Assembly: GCA_033856515.1 (NCBI GenBank)
Contig: JAWVEY010000008.1
Span: forward strand, 52,818 to 116,817
Direction of reading: 5' to 3'
DNA length: 64,000 nucleotides
From: Solirubrobacterales bacterium
GTDB taxonomy: Bacteria > Actinomycetota > Thermoleophilia > Solirubrobacterales > 70-9
The notes under the pieces were generated by a model that worked only from the letters and a program-made list of their open reading frames with translations, ran no database searches and had not been told where the DNA came from. The position numbers and the translations under genes are program-made. Each line of letters begins with the position of its first letter. Position 1 is the first letter of the stretch. Shown piece after piece: positions 15,395 through 25,263 of this stretch.

Positions 15395-17929
15395 CTAGGA
15401 CTCGACCGGCTCGAGCTCGGTTTGGGTGTCCGAGCGGTCCTCGCCGTCGAGGATCTCCGGGCCGGGGGCGCTCGCGTTGCGCCCGGCGAGGATCGCCGAG
15501 AGCTCCGACATGGAGACCAGGACCTGGCGGGGCTTCGAGCCCTCGTAGCCGGAGATGATCCCCCGGCGCTCGAGCATGTCGATCAGGCGACCGGCACGCG
15601 TGTAGCCGACGCGGAGGCGCCGCTGGATCATCGAAACGGACGCGGTCTCTGATTCGATCACGATGCGCGCCGCGTCCTCGAGGAGGTCGTCCTCGTCGGG
15701 CGAGAAGTCGCCGCCGGCCTCGACGCCCTGGTCCTCGACCTTCTCGACGAGGAGAGAGGGGTCGAAGGTCGGCTCGCCCTGCTTGGCCCAGTGGTTGGTG
15801 AGGCGGGCGATCTCGTCCTCGGTGAGGAACGCGCCCTGGATGCGCTGAAGCTTCGAGGTGCCGATCGGGCGGAAGAGCATGTCGCCCTGACCGAGGAGCG
15901 TCTCGGCGCCGCCCTGGTCGAGGATCACGCGCGAATCGACCTGCGAGGCCACGGCGAAGGCAATGCGAGCCGGGATGTTGACCTTGATCGTTCCGGTGAT
16001 CACGTCCGTGGACGGGCGCTGCGTCGCAAGTACGAGGTGGATGCCGACTGCGCGCGACTTCTGCGCGAGGCGGATGATCGAGTCCTCGACCTCGGCTGGA
16101 GCGACCATCATGAGGTCCGCGAGCTCGTCGATTACGCACAGGATGTGCGGGAGCGCCGGGTCTCCTTCCTTCTTGCGCGTCTTGTTCAGCTCCGCGAGGT
16201 TGCGCGCGCGGGCCTCTCCCATCACCTGATAGCGGCTCTCCATCTCACCGAGCAGGTTGGTGAGCACGTTGGCGGCCAGGCGGGGGTTGGTCACGACCGG
16301 CGTCAGGAGGTGCGGCAGGTTCTCGTAGTGGTTGAGCTCGACACGCTTGGGATCGACGAGGACCAGGCGACATTCGTTCGGCGAGGCGTGGAGCAGGATC
16401 GACGAGAGGATCGCGTTGATGCAGCCCGACTTACCGGAGCCCGTCGTACCCGCGACGAGGAGGTGCGGCATGAGCGCGATGTCGGTCCAGCAGGCGTGCC
16501 CGGAGACGTCCTTACCGAGCCAGGCGACAAGCGGTGAGGAGCTCTTCGGCCTGCCTTCGTAGATGTCCCCCAGCCGCACCAGGCGGCGCTTCTTGTTCGG
16601 CACCTCGACTCCTACGGCCTTCTTGCCGGGAATCGGCGCGAGGATCCGGATGTCGGTCGATGCGAGGGCATACGCCAGGTCGTCCTTTAGCGCGGCGACC
16701 TTCGAAACCTTGGTTCCAGGCGCAAGCTGGAACTCGTAGCGGCTCACATGCGGGCCCGAGACCATGCCGATCATCCGGGCATCAACGCCAAAGTGCTTGA
16801 GCGACTCCAAAAGCGACTTCGCCGTCGCCTCACGTTCCTTGGGATCCGGGCCGGGGTCGCCCTTGCCCTTCGCGAGCACCGCGGGGTCGGGCGGCGTGAA
16901 GTCCGCTTCGTCGGAGACGGTGATCCCGTGCTCGGTCCGCTTGTTCCCCATTGGCGTCAGCTCGACCGGCGCTTCGACCGCGGCCGCATCCGCGTCGCCC
17001 TCGCCGAGGATCGCGACGGGCTCCGGGACAGACTCGGCGTCGTGGGCGTGAGCCTCGTCGTAGGAAAAGGCGCCTTCGCCGCTGGCGGGCTTGGCCTCGG
17101 CGACGGGTTCCTCGTCGACCTCCGGCTCTTCCCACTCGGGCTCGTTCGCGAGCACCTCCGTCTCGTTCGCGCGGGTGATCTGGATGTCCACGTCGTCCGG
17201 CTCGTCCCAGCCTGGAAGCGTCGACGGGAGGCCGTTGTCCCGAGCGGCTCGAGCGACGTCGGCGGTTGCATCCGATGCACGGCGCGTCGCCACCCCCGCG
17301 CTCTGGACGAGGTTCGCGATCGTCATGCCCGTCAAGAGCAGGAGGCCGGACATAAGCATCAGCACGGCGAGGATCTGTGCGCCCAGGCGCTGGAAGAGCG
17401 ACGTCGAGGCCCAATACAGCGATTCGCCGATCGCGCCGCCGTGAGTGCGGAAGAAGTCCGGCTCGAAGTAGTCGTGGCGCACGGGCTTGTCCGGCCCCAG
17501 GCCAAGCGTCCCGGCGGCGAAGGCCAAGAGCAGCGCGAGCATCACCAGGAGCGCGCCGGCGTTGAGAGCGCGCGGCGCCTGGATCATCGGCCTGGCGATC
17601 AATGCCAGGCCCAATCCGAAGACCGCCAGCGGTACGACGTAGGCGACCTGCCCGACCGTGTACTCGAGCGCCGAGGAGAGCCAGCCCCCCACCGCGCCGC
17701 CGTCCCAGCCGAGGTAGAGCACGAATGCCGAATAGACCCCGATCGCGATCATGATCAGGCCGATCAGGTCGAAATGACGCTGCTCGAGCCCGTCGAATGC
17801 GTCCCGCGCCCGCTGGCGCACGTCAGGCGTGCGCTTCACAGGCGCCCTCTTCACAGGCGGACGCTTCGCCCCCCGTTTGGGCGCACGGGTCTTAGCGGTG
17901 GCTCTGGCCATCGCACATGGGTTCGACAC
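15395..17929 (-). CDS. ftsK: DNA translocase FtsK/SpoIIIE
   Basis: N-terminal TM segments, Walker A GTTGSGKS, C-terminal gamma winged-helix domain (SMIQRRLRVGYTRAGRLIDMLE). Confidence 0.95.
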   Translation of the reverse strand: MSNPCAMARATAKTRAPKRGAKRPPVKRAPVKRTPDVRQRARDAFDGLEQRHFDLIGLIMIAIGVYSAFVLYLGWDGGAVGGWLSSALEYTVGQVAYVVPLAVFGLGLALIARPMIQAPRALNAGALLVMLALLLAFAAGTLGLGPDKPVRHDYFEPDFFRTHGGAIGESLYWASTSLFQRLGAQILAVLMLMSGLLLLTGMTIANLVQSAGVATRRASDATADVARAARDNGLPSTLPGWDEPDDVDIQITRANETEVLANEPEWEEPEVDEEPVAEAKPASGEGAFSYDEAHAHDAESVPEPVAILGEGDADAAAVEAPVELTPMGNKRTEHGITVSDEADFTPPDPAVLAKGKGDPGPDPKEREATAKSLLESLKHFGVDARMIGMVSGPHVSRYEFQLAPGTKVSKVAALKDDLAYALASTDIRILAPIPGKKAVGVEVPNKKRRLVRLGDIYEGRPKSSSPLVAWLGKDVSGHACWTDIALMPHLLVAGTTGSGKSGCINAILSSILLHASPNECRLVLVDPKRVELNHYENLPHLLTPVVTNPRLAANVLTNLLGEMESRYQVMGEARARNLAELNKTRKKEGDPALPHILCVIDELADLMMVAPAEVEDSIIRLAQKSRAVGIHLVLATQRPSTDVITGTIKVNIPARIAFAVASQVDSRVILDQGGAETLLGQGDMLFRPIGTSKLQRIQGAFLTEDEIARLTNHWAKQGEPTFDPSLLVEKVEDQGVEAGGDFSPDEDDLLEDAARIVIESETASVSMIQRRLRVGYTRAGRLIDMLERRGIISGYEGSKPRQVLVSMSELSAILAGRNASAPGPEILDGEDRSDTQTELEPVES

Positions 17930-18314
17930 GCACGCCTGGACCCCTTCGTGACTGACGCGCGAGCCGTGAGGGGGCCGACTATTCCCGCCTAAGCACCATA
18001 TGAGTGCCCTAGCGCGTAAAGCCGGCTGGGCTGACCTTCTTCTGCCTCGAGGCAGACTGCTTCAACTCCAAGCCCGCGACCGGGAGACATGCGATCTTGC
18101 GCCTGTCTGAGCGGACTGCTGCACGAACCTCGTCAAGCGGGTCATCGTGGCTCGATGCCCTCGATGAGCGTGTTCTTCCTGACTTTCCCTGCGTCATTCG
18201 CTGGGTTCTCCTTCCGTGGTGTCCTGAAGTCCGGCATCCTGCCGGCTCGCAAGGGTCATACCCAGGACGAGCATGGCTTAAGCCGAACTGAAGTTTCGGC
18301 CCTACTCTTGGAGG

Positions 18315-19010
18315 GTGCTCGAGAGCGAGACTCAGACCGGTCGCGTGCTCATCGTCGAGGACGATGCCGAGATCGCGGATGTTCTGCGGCGCACGCTTCG
18401 CGCCGAGGGGCACGAGGTGCGTACCGCCGGCGATGGCGAAAAGGCACTCGAAGAGGCCGCGGAGTTCCTTCCCGATCTTGTGATCCTGGATCTCGGCCTG
18501 CCGAAGATTGACGGCGTCGAGGTACTCCGCCGCCTCCGGGAAACAGACGACGTCCCGATCCTTGTGGTCACCGCTCGCACCGAGCTCGAGGACCGCGTCG
18601 AGGGCCTCGATCTCGGCGCGGACGACTACCTCGTCAAGCCCTTCGAGCGGACCGAGCTTCTCGCCCGTATGCGCGCCGTCATGCGTCGCCGCCCGCCCCG
18701 CGGCTCCGCGATGCTCGTCCTGGCCGACCTCAAGCTCAACCCCGCGACCCGCGAGGTCCACAGGGGCGACCGCGAGGTCGACCTGACCGCCCGCGAGTTC
18801 GAGCTCCTCGAGTTCCTGATGCGAAACGAGCGCCTCGTCGTCTCGCGCGAGCGCCTCCTCGAAGAGGTTTGGGGGTACGACCCACTCGCGATGACGAACA
18901 CGATCGACGTCTTCATCTCGAACGTTCGCCGCAAGCTCGAGGAGGGCGGCGAGGACCGCATCCTCCACACCAAGCGCGGAGCGGGCTACGTCGTTCGCCC
19001 GCCCGGGTAG
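18315..19010 (+). CDS. OmpR-family response regulator
   Basis: Receiver domain (LIVEDD, DLVILDLGLPKIDG) plus winged-helix output (LTAREFELLEFLMRN...GAGYV). GTG start at 18315; GTG at 18345 is an alternative. Confidence 0.9.
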   Translation: MLESETQTGRVLIVEDDAEIADVLRRTLRAEGHEVRTAGDGEKALEEAAEFLPDLVILDLGLPKIDGVEVLRRLRETDDVPILVVTARTELEDRVEGLDLGADDYLVKPFERTELLARMRAVMRRRPPRGSAMLVLADLKLNPATREVHRGDREVDLTAREFELLEFLMRNERLVVSRERLLEEVWGYDPLAMTNTIDVFISNVRRKLEEGGEDRILHTKRGAGYVVRPPG

Positions 19011-20456
19011 ATGGCCGTGCCCGGCCCAGCGGCGTCGCGACCCCGCTTCCTCACACCGTCGCGTTGGCCCGTTCGATGGCGCCTCGCGGGGGTCTCGGCC
19101 AGCCTCACCTTCGTGATCCTCCTCGCCTTCGCGGCGGTCGTGGGAAAGCTCTCGCAGGAGCGCCTCGAGAACGACTTCCAAAACGAGCTCCAGGCCGCCG
19201 CCAACCGCATCGCCTTCACGATCCAGGTCGACGTCGAAACCGGCAACGTGGACGTGCCGTTCGACGAGCTCATCGGCGATGAAGTGGTTCGGGTGACGCC
19301 GGCGATCGGTGATCCCGTCGGGGACGTCGACGTTCGCCTGCCTTCGCCGAGTGCCGAGATTGTCAGCTTCGGCGATCTGGACGTGGCAACGGCGCAGGTC
19401 AGGACCCCCCTCGTCGGCGCGGGCGTCACCTTCGTCCAGGTTGCCCGCGACCACGACGAGCTCGACGCGACCATCAGCCGCCTCTGGTTCTTCCTGGCGG
19501 TCGGCGTGGCGGGCGGATCGATCCTTGCCACCCTTGCGGGCCTCGCCGTCGCCGGGCGCGCGATGGGACCGATCGCGGCTCTCACGACCACCGCACGGGA
19601 GATCGCCACCACCCGCGACCCGGCGCGCACGATGCCGAAGCCCGAGGCCGAAGACGAGGTGGCCGAGCTGGCGACGACACTCGACGAGATGCTCCGGGAG
19701 CTCGATGCGGCCCGAAACGAGGCGCAGGGCATGGTCCACGCGCAGCGCGAGTTCGTCGCTGACGCCTCGCACGAGCTCCGCACGCCGCTGACGTCGATCC
19801 TCGCCAACCTCGAGCTCCTCCAGGCCGCGCTCGAGCGCAACCCCACCGAGGGAGAAGAGGCCGAGATGGTCGAGTCCGCCCTGCGCTCGTCGCGGCGGAT
19901 GCGCCGCCTGGTCGGCGACCTGCTGATTCTCGCCCGCGCCGATGCCGGGAGACAGGGCGCCCGCCGGCCATGCGACCTCGCCGCGATCACCGAAGCCGCG
20001 GCCGCCGAGGTCCGCCCCGTCGCCTCCGAGCACACCATCGACCTCGCCCTCGAGCCCACGAGCGTCGAAGGGAACCCCGATGAGCTCCATCGGGTGGTTC
20101 TGAACTTGATCGACAACGGGGTGCGGCACACCCCGCCCGGCTCGACCATCACCGTGCGGGTCTTCCAACGCGATTCGCAGGCGGTCCTCGAGGTCGCCGA
20201 CGACGGGCCCGGCATCCCGGAGAGCATCGAGGGCCAGGTGTTCGGGCGCTTCGTACGCGGTTCCGGCCCGGCTGACGTGACGGCGGATTCGGGCGCCGGC
20301 CTGGGCCTCTCGATCGTCCGCGCGGTCGCCACAGCACACGGCGGATCGGTCACCGTCGGCCCCTCAAATCACGGTGGCGCGCTCTTCACCGTGACACTTC
20401 CAATCCTCTCCGAAGCGCCGGTAGACGTTCCTAAGAAACTTTCAAGGATTCTTTAG
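19011..20456 (+). CDS. sensor histidine kinase (HAMP-HisKA-HATPase)
   Basis: H-box ASHELRTPLTSI, N-box LIDNGVRHTP, G-boxes DDGPGIP and GAGLGLSIV. The ATG directly follows the regulator stop. Confidence 0.9.
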   Translation: MAVPGPAASRPRFLTPSRWPVRWRLAGVSASLTFVILLAFAAVVGKLSQERLENDFQNELQAAANRIAFTIQVDVETGNVDVPFDELIGDEVVRVTPAIGDPVGDVDVRLPSPSAEIVSFGDLDVATAQVRTPLVGAGVTFVQVARDHDELDATISRLWFFLAVGVAGGSILATLAGLAVAGRAMGPIAALTTTAREIATTRDPARTMPKPEAEDEVAELATTLDEMLRELDAARNEAQGMVHAQREFVADASHELRTPLTSILANLELLQAALERNPTEGEEAEMVESALRSSRRMRRLVGDLLILARADAGRQGARRPCDLAAITEAAAAEVRPVASEHTIDLALEPTSVEGNPDELHRVVLNLIDNGVRHTPPGSTITVRVFQRDSQAVLEVADDGPGIPESIEGQVFGRFVRGSGPADVTADSGAGLGLSIVRAVATAHGGSVTVGPSNHGGALFTVTLPILSEAPVDVPKKLSRIL

Positions 20457-20565
20457 GGATCGTTTACATCGCGGGCGTAATTTGCTTCGTGGACGAGACA
20501 CCCACTCGCCGGAGCGGGCTACCCCGCCGGCGAGCATCTCGGCCCCAGCGGCCGAGAACCCCCTA

Positions 20566-20610
20566 GGCCCGTCGGCTCTTCCCCTCCCTGGAGCCGGCGG
20601 GCCACTTTTT
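20566..20610 (+). terminator. intrinsic terminator after the histidine kinase gene
   Basis: GGCCCGTCGGCTC-12 nt-GAGCCGGCGGGCC followed by ACTTTTT. Confidence 0.6.
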
Positions 20611-20618
20611 GCCCGGCG

Positions 20619-22283
20619 TTAGACCTCGACGACGACCGGAAGGATCATCGGGCGGCGCTTCAAGCGCTTGTAGATGAGTTCGGCTACGTCGTCGTGGATG
20701 TCCTCCTGGATGACGCCGGCGTCCGTGATGTTGTCGTGGACGGCGTCGGCCAAGGCGTTTCCCACGACCTCGCGGACCTCGTCGATGAGCTTCACAGCGT
20801 CGTCGCCCTCAATGAAGGGAACGCCGCGGAAGATGATCTCGGGCTCGCTGGCCGTCGCGCCGTCCTCGCCTGAGAGCGTCGCGACGACGATCAGGACGCC
20901 ATCGCCGGAGAGCGTGCGGCGGTCGCGGAGCGCGACATCGTCCGGGTCGCCGATGTCAACGCCGTCGACGAAGATCATGCCGGCCTTCACGTCGTCGGTG
21001 AACCGAGCGCCCTTCTCGTCGATCTCGAGCGTGAGCCCGTTGCGGCCCTTGAAGATCCGCTCGGGCGGGATCCCGACCGACTCCGCGAGGTCTGCGTGGA
21101 GGCGAATCCGCTTGTGGTCGCCGTGGAACGGCATCACGTACTTGGGGCGCGTCAGGTTCAGCATCAGCTTCAGCTCCTCGCGCGAGCCGTGCCCCGAGAC
21201 GTGGATGGGTGCGTCCGCGGCGGTGACAACCGATGCGCCGATCTCGTAGATGCGGTCGATCGTCTCGTTCACCGCGCGCTCGTTGCCGGGCACCGCGGTC
21301 GCGGAGAAGATGATCGTGTCGCCCGAGTGGAGCTCGACGTCGCGGTGATCGTTGAACGCCATGCGCCTGAGCGCTGACAGCGGCTCGCCTTGGCTCCCCG
21401 TCGAGATCGCGATCACCCGGTCGTCGGGGAAGTCCTCGATCTCCTTGGGGTTGATGAAGACCCCGTCGGGCGCCGAGGCCATCCCGAGGTTCGAGGCGAT
21501 GTTGAAGTTCTTTCTCATCGAACGCCCGACCAGCGCGACCTTGCGGTCGAGCTCGACCGCAGCGTCGATCACCTGCTGGACGCGGTGGACGTTGGACGCG
21601 AAGCAGGTGACGATGATGCGCCCCTCGCAGCGCGAGAACACCTCGTAAAGCGCGGGGCCAACGGTCCGCTCTGATGCACCGACGCCCGGCCGGTCGGCAT
21701 TGGTCGAGTCGCCGCAGAGGCACAGAACGCCCTCCGAGCCCAGCTCGGCGAGGCGCGCTATGTCGGCAGGACGCCCGTCGACCGGCGTCTGGTCGAAGCG
21801 GTAGTCGCCGGTGATGAGGATCGCGCCGAGCTTGGTGTGGAGGGCAACGGCCCGCGCGTCGGGGATCGAATGGGACATGTGGATCATCTCGATCTCAAAG
21901 GGACCGGCCTGAGCTCGCTCGCCCGGGTCGAGCACTACCAGCGGCGCGTCGCGGATCTTTCGTTCCTCGAGCTTTGAGCGAACGAGCCCGAGAGTGAGCG
22001 GGCCGCCGTAGATCGCCTCGGGCATACCAAGTTCGCGAAGGACGTATGGCACCGCCCCCACGTGGTCCTCGTGCCCGTGCGTGAGGATCAGCGCGTCGAT
22101 GTCGTCCTTGCGCTCCCGGAGCGAGGTGAAGTCGGGCAGGACCAGGTCGATGCCGAGCATCTCAGCCGTGGGGAACATCACTCCCGCGTCGACGATCACG
22201 ATCCGGCCATCGCACTCGAAGGCGGCCATGTTCTTGCCGATCTCCCCCAGCCCCCCGAGCGGCAGGATCTTGATCTTGCTCAC
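20619..22283 (-). CDS. rnj: ribonuclease J
   Basis: Metallo-beta-lactamase/beta-CASP fold: LGGLGEIGKNM, HGHEDHVGA. Size 554 aa. Confidence 0.95.
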   Translation of the reverse strand: MSKIKILPLGGLGEIGKNMAAFECDGRIVIVDAGVMFPTAEMLGIDLVLPDFTSLRERKDDIDALILTHGHEDHVGAVPYVLRELGMPEAIYGGPLTLGLVRSKLEERKIRDAPLVVLDPGERAQAGPFEIEMIHMSHSIPDARAVALHTKLGAILITGDYRFDQTPVDGRPADIARLAELGSEGVLCLCGDSTNADRPGVGASERTVGPALYEVFSRCEGRIIVTCFASNVHRVQQVIDAAVELDRKVALVGRSMRKNFNIASNLGMASAPDGVFINPKEIEDFPDDRVIAISTGSQGEPLSALRRMAFNDHRDVELHSGDTIIFSATAVPGNERAVNETIDRIYEIGASVVTAADAPIHVSGHGSREELKLMLNLTRPKYVMPFHGDHKRIRLHADLAESVGIPPERIFKGRNGLTLEIDEKGARFTDDVKAGMIFVDGVDIGDPDDVALRDRRTLSGDGVLIVVATLSGEDGATASEPEIIFRGVPFIEGDDAVKLIDEVREVVGNALADAVHDNITDAGVIQEDIHDDVAELIYKRLKRRPMILPVVVEV

Positions 22284-23140
22284 GGGCCGTCCTCGGCAAT
22301 CTCTTGAAGCGTTTCCCGGGCCGGCCCTTCGACCGGGACCATCGGCAGGCGTTGCGTCTCGCCGATCAGGCCGCGCATCGAAAGCACCGCCTTGACCGAG
22401 CTCGCGGGCGGCGCCACGGCGAGCGCGGCGTAGATCCCCGCCAGCTCGCGGTCGATCTCGAGCGCCCGATCGTGGTCGTCCTCGGCTGCGGCGTCAAAGA
22501 TCTCGCGCATCTTGGGCCCCGCAACGTGAGTGGCGACCAGGATGCCGCCGGCGCCGCCCTCACGAAGACAGCGAGCGAACACGTCGTCGTTCCCGGCCAG
22601 CATCTCGATCCCACCGATCGGCCCAATCTCGGCGTTGTTCGCCTGCTTGAGGCCGGTGATGTTCCCGAACTCCGCGGCGAGCGAGCCGATGAACTCGGGC
22701 GACATGTTGATCACCGAGCGCGCCGGGATGTTGTAGAGCGCGACCGGCGTCTCCCCGGCCGCCTCGGATATCTCGGCGAAATGGGCTCGAAGTCCCGCCT
22801 CGATCGGCTTGTTGTAGTACGGCGCGACCACGAGGACGCCATGCGCACCGGCCTGTGAAGCACGATGCGTCAGGTTCGCCGCGTGACGCGTGTCGTTCGA
22901 GCCAGTGCCACAGATAACGGTGGCGTCGGCGCCGATCTCGTCGAGGACCGCTTCGAGGAGCTCGATCTTCTCGTCGTCGGAAAGCGTTGCGGACTCGCCG
23001 GTCGTGCCCGCCACGACCACGCCGTGCGATCCGTTCTCGATCAGGTACGAAGCGAGCTTGCGCGCACCGTCGACATCGAGCGATCGATCGTCGGCAAACG
23101 GCGTGACCATCGCCGTCAGGACTCCGCGGAAAGGCGTCAT
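22280..23140 (-). CDS. dapA: 4-hydroxy-tetrahydrodipicolinate synthase
   Basis: GVLTAMVTPF, GTTGESATLS, PYYNKP. Start trimmed to MTPFRG, 10 nt after the upstream stop. Confidence 0.93.
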   Translation of the reverse strand: MTPFRGVLTAMVTPFADDRSLDVDGARKLASYLIENGSHGVVVAGTTGESATLSDDEKIELLEAVLDEIGADATVICGTGSNDTRHAANLTHRASQAGAHGVLVVAPYYNKPIEAGLRAHFAEISEAAGETPVALYNIPARSVINMSPEFIGSLAAEFGNITGLKQANNAEIGPIGGIEMLAGNDDVFARCLREGGAGGILVATHVAGPKMREIFDAAAEDDHDRALEIDRELAGIYAALAVAPPASSVKAVLSMRGLIGETQRLPMVPVEGPARETLQEIAEDGP

Positions 23141-23150
23141 CGAGGCAAAG

Positions 23151-24584
23151 CTACCCGGCGAACGTCGGCGCGACACGATCCGCCCAAGGGTCCGCGCGCT
23201 CGAGTTGCGCAGCCACCTGGATCAGGAGGTCCTCGCGGCCCTGCGCGGCGACGAGCTGAACCCCAACTGGGAGGCCGTTCGCCTCGCCGAGCGGCAGCGA
23301 GATGGCGGGCTGGCCGGTCATGTTGAAGACTGCGGTAAAGGCACCCTCGGGCACGCCAGCATGGAATGCATCGAGCGGATCGTCACCAGAGTCGTCCCAG
23401 GAGCCGAGCGGCTGCGGCGGGCGCCCCGTGGTGGGCGTCAGGAGGAGGTCGAAGCCGGAGAGGTACCACCCGGCGACCATGCGGGTGAGGCCGTGATGGA
23501 TTCCGATGTCCTGGAGGTACTTGCCTGCGCTTCGCTCACGTCCAACCTCAGCGAGCGCCCAGGTAAGCGGCTCGACGTCGTCCTTGCCGATCTCGCGCCC
23601 GAGCGCCATCGAGAGCGTGTCGAGCGTTGCAGCCTGGCCCGCAGCCCAGCGCGTCATGAACGTGTCCTCGAGGTCAACCGACCCGCGCAGCGCTGCCGCT
23701 GCGTCCATCGGCGATCCCTCGCTCACTTCGTGCCCGAGCGATTCGAGAAGCTTCGCGGCCTTCTCAACCGCCGTCACGCACGCGGGATCGACGGTGAAAT
23801 CCACGGCGGGAGTCGTCGAGTAGCCGATGCGGAGGCCCTTGGGGTCGGCATCGAGCTCCTCGGTGTAAGGGCGCGTCTTCGGTGGCGCAGCGTAGGGATC
23901 GCCGAGGACTCCGCCTTCCACCGCCTCGAGGATCGTTGCGGTGTCGCGCACCGACTTCGAGACGACGAGCTCTGCGGTTAGCCCGGACTGCACGTCGCCG
24001 ATCAAGGGGCCTTCGGTGATCCTCTGGCGCGTCGGCTTCAAGCCGACCAGGCCGTTCTGCGCGGCGGGGATGCGGATCGAGCCGCCGCCGTCGTTCGCGT
24101 GGGCCATTGGCACCATGCCAGACGCGACCGCCGCGGCAGCGCCACCGCTCGAGCCGCCCGCGCTGTGAGCGGTGTTCCACGGGTTCTTGGTCGCGCCGTA
24201 GGCGTCAGGCTCAGTAGTCGGCAGGATGCCGAGCTCGGGCACGTTCGTCTTTCCGATCGTCACCAGGCCGGCGTCGCGGAAGCGCTGTCCGAGGAATGAG
24301 TCCATCGGCGCGCGGAAATCCGCGTTCTTCAGAACCTGCATGCCGAGGTGGAAGGGCTGTCCGGCAAGGCACGCACCGATGTCCTTGAAGAGGAATGGCA
24401 CACCTTTGAACGGGCCGTCCGGAAGGGCCCCGCGCGCGGCCTCGCGTCCTTCGTCGAAGAACTCATGGATGACGGCGTTGATCTCGGGATTCAGCCGCTC
24501 GATCCGCTCGATCGCCGCGTCGACCAGCTCCGAAGGGCTCGCTTCGCCCGAGCGGACGAGATCGGCCTGGGCGGTTGCGTCCAT
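23151..24584 (-). CDS. amidase (amidase-signature family)
   Basis: [12 protein letters not shown] signature and GGSIRIPAA. Start trimmed to MDATAQADL, 11 nt after the dapB stop. Confidence 0.85.
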   Translation of the reverse strand: MDATAQADLVRSGEASPSELVDAAIERIERLNPEINAVIHEFFDEGREAARGALPDGPFKGVPFLFKDIGACLAGQPFHLGMQVLKNADFRAPMDSFLGQRFRDAGLVTIGKTNVPELGILPTTEPDAYGATKNPWNTAHSAGGSSGGAAAAVASGMVPMAHANDGGGSIRIPAAQNGLVGLKPTRQRITEGPLIGDVQSGLTAELVVSKSVRDTATILEAVEGGVLGDPYAAPPKTRPYTEELDADPKGLRIGYSTTPAVDFTVDPACVTAVEKAAKLLESLGHEVSEGSPMDAAAALRGSVDLEDTFMTRWAAGQAATLDTLSMALGREIGKDDVEPLTWALAEVGRERSAGKYLQDIGIHHGLTRMVAGWYLSGFDLLLTPTTGRPPQPLGSWDDSGDDPLDAFHAGVPEGAFTAVFNMTGQPAISLPLGEANGLPVGVQLVAAQGREDLLIQVAAQLERADPWADRVAPTFAG

Positions 24585-24594
24585 ACGAGCGAGG

Positions 24595-25263
24595 TCAGTC
24601 AAGAACGGCCTCCAAGCCAATGGTGTAGCGGTCGGGTAGCGAGCCCACGCCGCGCACCGCAAGGAGCACGCCCGGCATGAACGACGTGCGGTCGATCGAG
24701 TCGTGGCGGATCGAAAGCGTCTGCCCCTGGCCGCCGAGCACGACTTCCTGATGGGCAACGAGGCCCGGCAGGCGAATCGAATGAATCGGCTCGTGGACGT
24801 TGCCGCCGGCCTCCGAGATCATGTCGCGGGTCCGTGCGGCGGTTCCCGACGGAGCGTCGAGCTTCTTGTCGTGATGAAGCTCGATGATCTCGACTTCGGG
24901 CATGTGCTTCGAGGCCTCGGCGGCAAAGCGCATCGCGAGGACGGCGCCGATCGCAAAGTTGGGCACGACGAGGACGTTCGCCTCTCCCCCGCTCGCGGCC
25001 TCCCGCATCTCGTCGTGAGGGATCGAGGAGGTGCCGACAACGATGTGCGTGCCCGCGGCGATCGCGGCGCGGATGTTTTGGGGCGCGGCGTCGGGCGTCG
25101 TGAAGTCCACGACGACATCGACGTCACCAAGAGCGTCGACGAGCTCGACTCCCAGCTCGGGGTCGATCCGGGCGGCCAACTCGAGGTCATCAGCGGCCTC
25201 GATGGCCTCGCACGTAGTCGCACCCATCCTGCCGGCGGCGCCGGCGACTCCGACCCGGATCAC
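24595..25263 (-). CDS. dapB: 4-hydroxy-tetrahydrodipicolinate reductase
   Basis: VGVAGAAGRMG Rossmann motif, ELHHDKKLDAPSGTA. GTG start in a GTGA overlap with the upstream stop. Confidence 0.9.
   Translation of the reverse strand: MIRVGVAGAAGRMGATTCEAIEAADDLELAARIDPELGVELVDALGDVDVVVDFTTPDAAPQNIRAAIAAGTHIVVGTSSIPHDEMREAASGGEANVLVVPNFAIGAVLAMRFAAEASKHMPEVEIIELHHDKKLDAPSGTAARTRDMISEAGGNVHEPIHSIRLPGLVAHQEVVLGGQGQTLSIRHDSIDRTSFMPGVLLAVRGVGSLPDRYTIGLEAVLD

Noticed and set aside
17930-18314. 385-nt divergent spacer between ftsK and the response regulator as an ncRNA or small-protein locus. It holds the palindrome CTGCCTCGAGGCAG near 18044, a hairpin CCGAACTGAAGTTTCGG near 18283, and a 31-codon minus-strand ORF from ~18240.
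   Set aside because: It has no recognisable RNA family features, no terminator, and a weak RBS for the small ORF. It cannot be supported from sequence alone.
18009-20339. 776-aa minus-strand ORF. Similar very long ORFs lie antisense to known genes: 42326-44299, 44348-46000, 26894-28720, 16748-17992, 33992-35431, 40062-41333.
   Set aside because: Each lies exactly antisense or out of frame to a gene with unmistakable motifs (two-component system, carB, pnp, ftsK, nusA/infB, pyrD). Their translations are R/G/A/P-rich low-complexity sequence. This is typical of stop-poor alternative frames in high-GC DNA.
23151-24584. Amidase gene inserted between dapB and dapA as a potentially interesting operon member.
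   Set aside because: It is an ordinary amidase-signature enzyme with tight but unremarkable spacing. Nothing in the sequence links it functionally to lysine/DAP synthesis.
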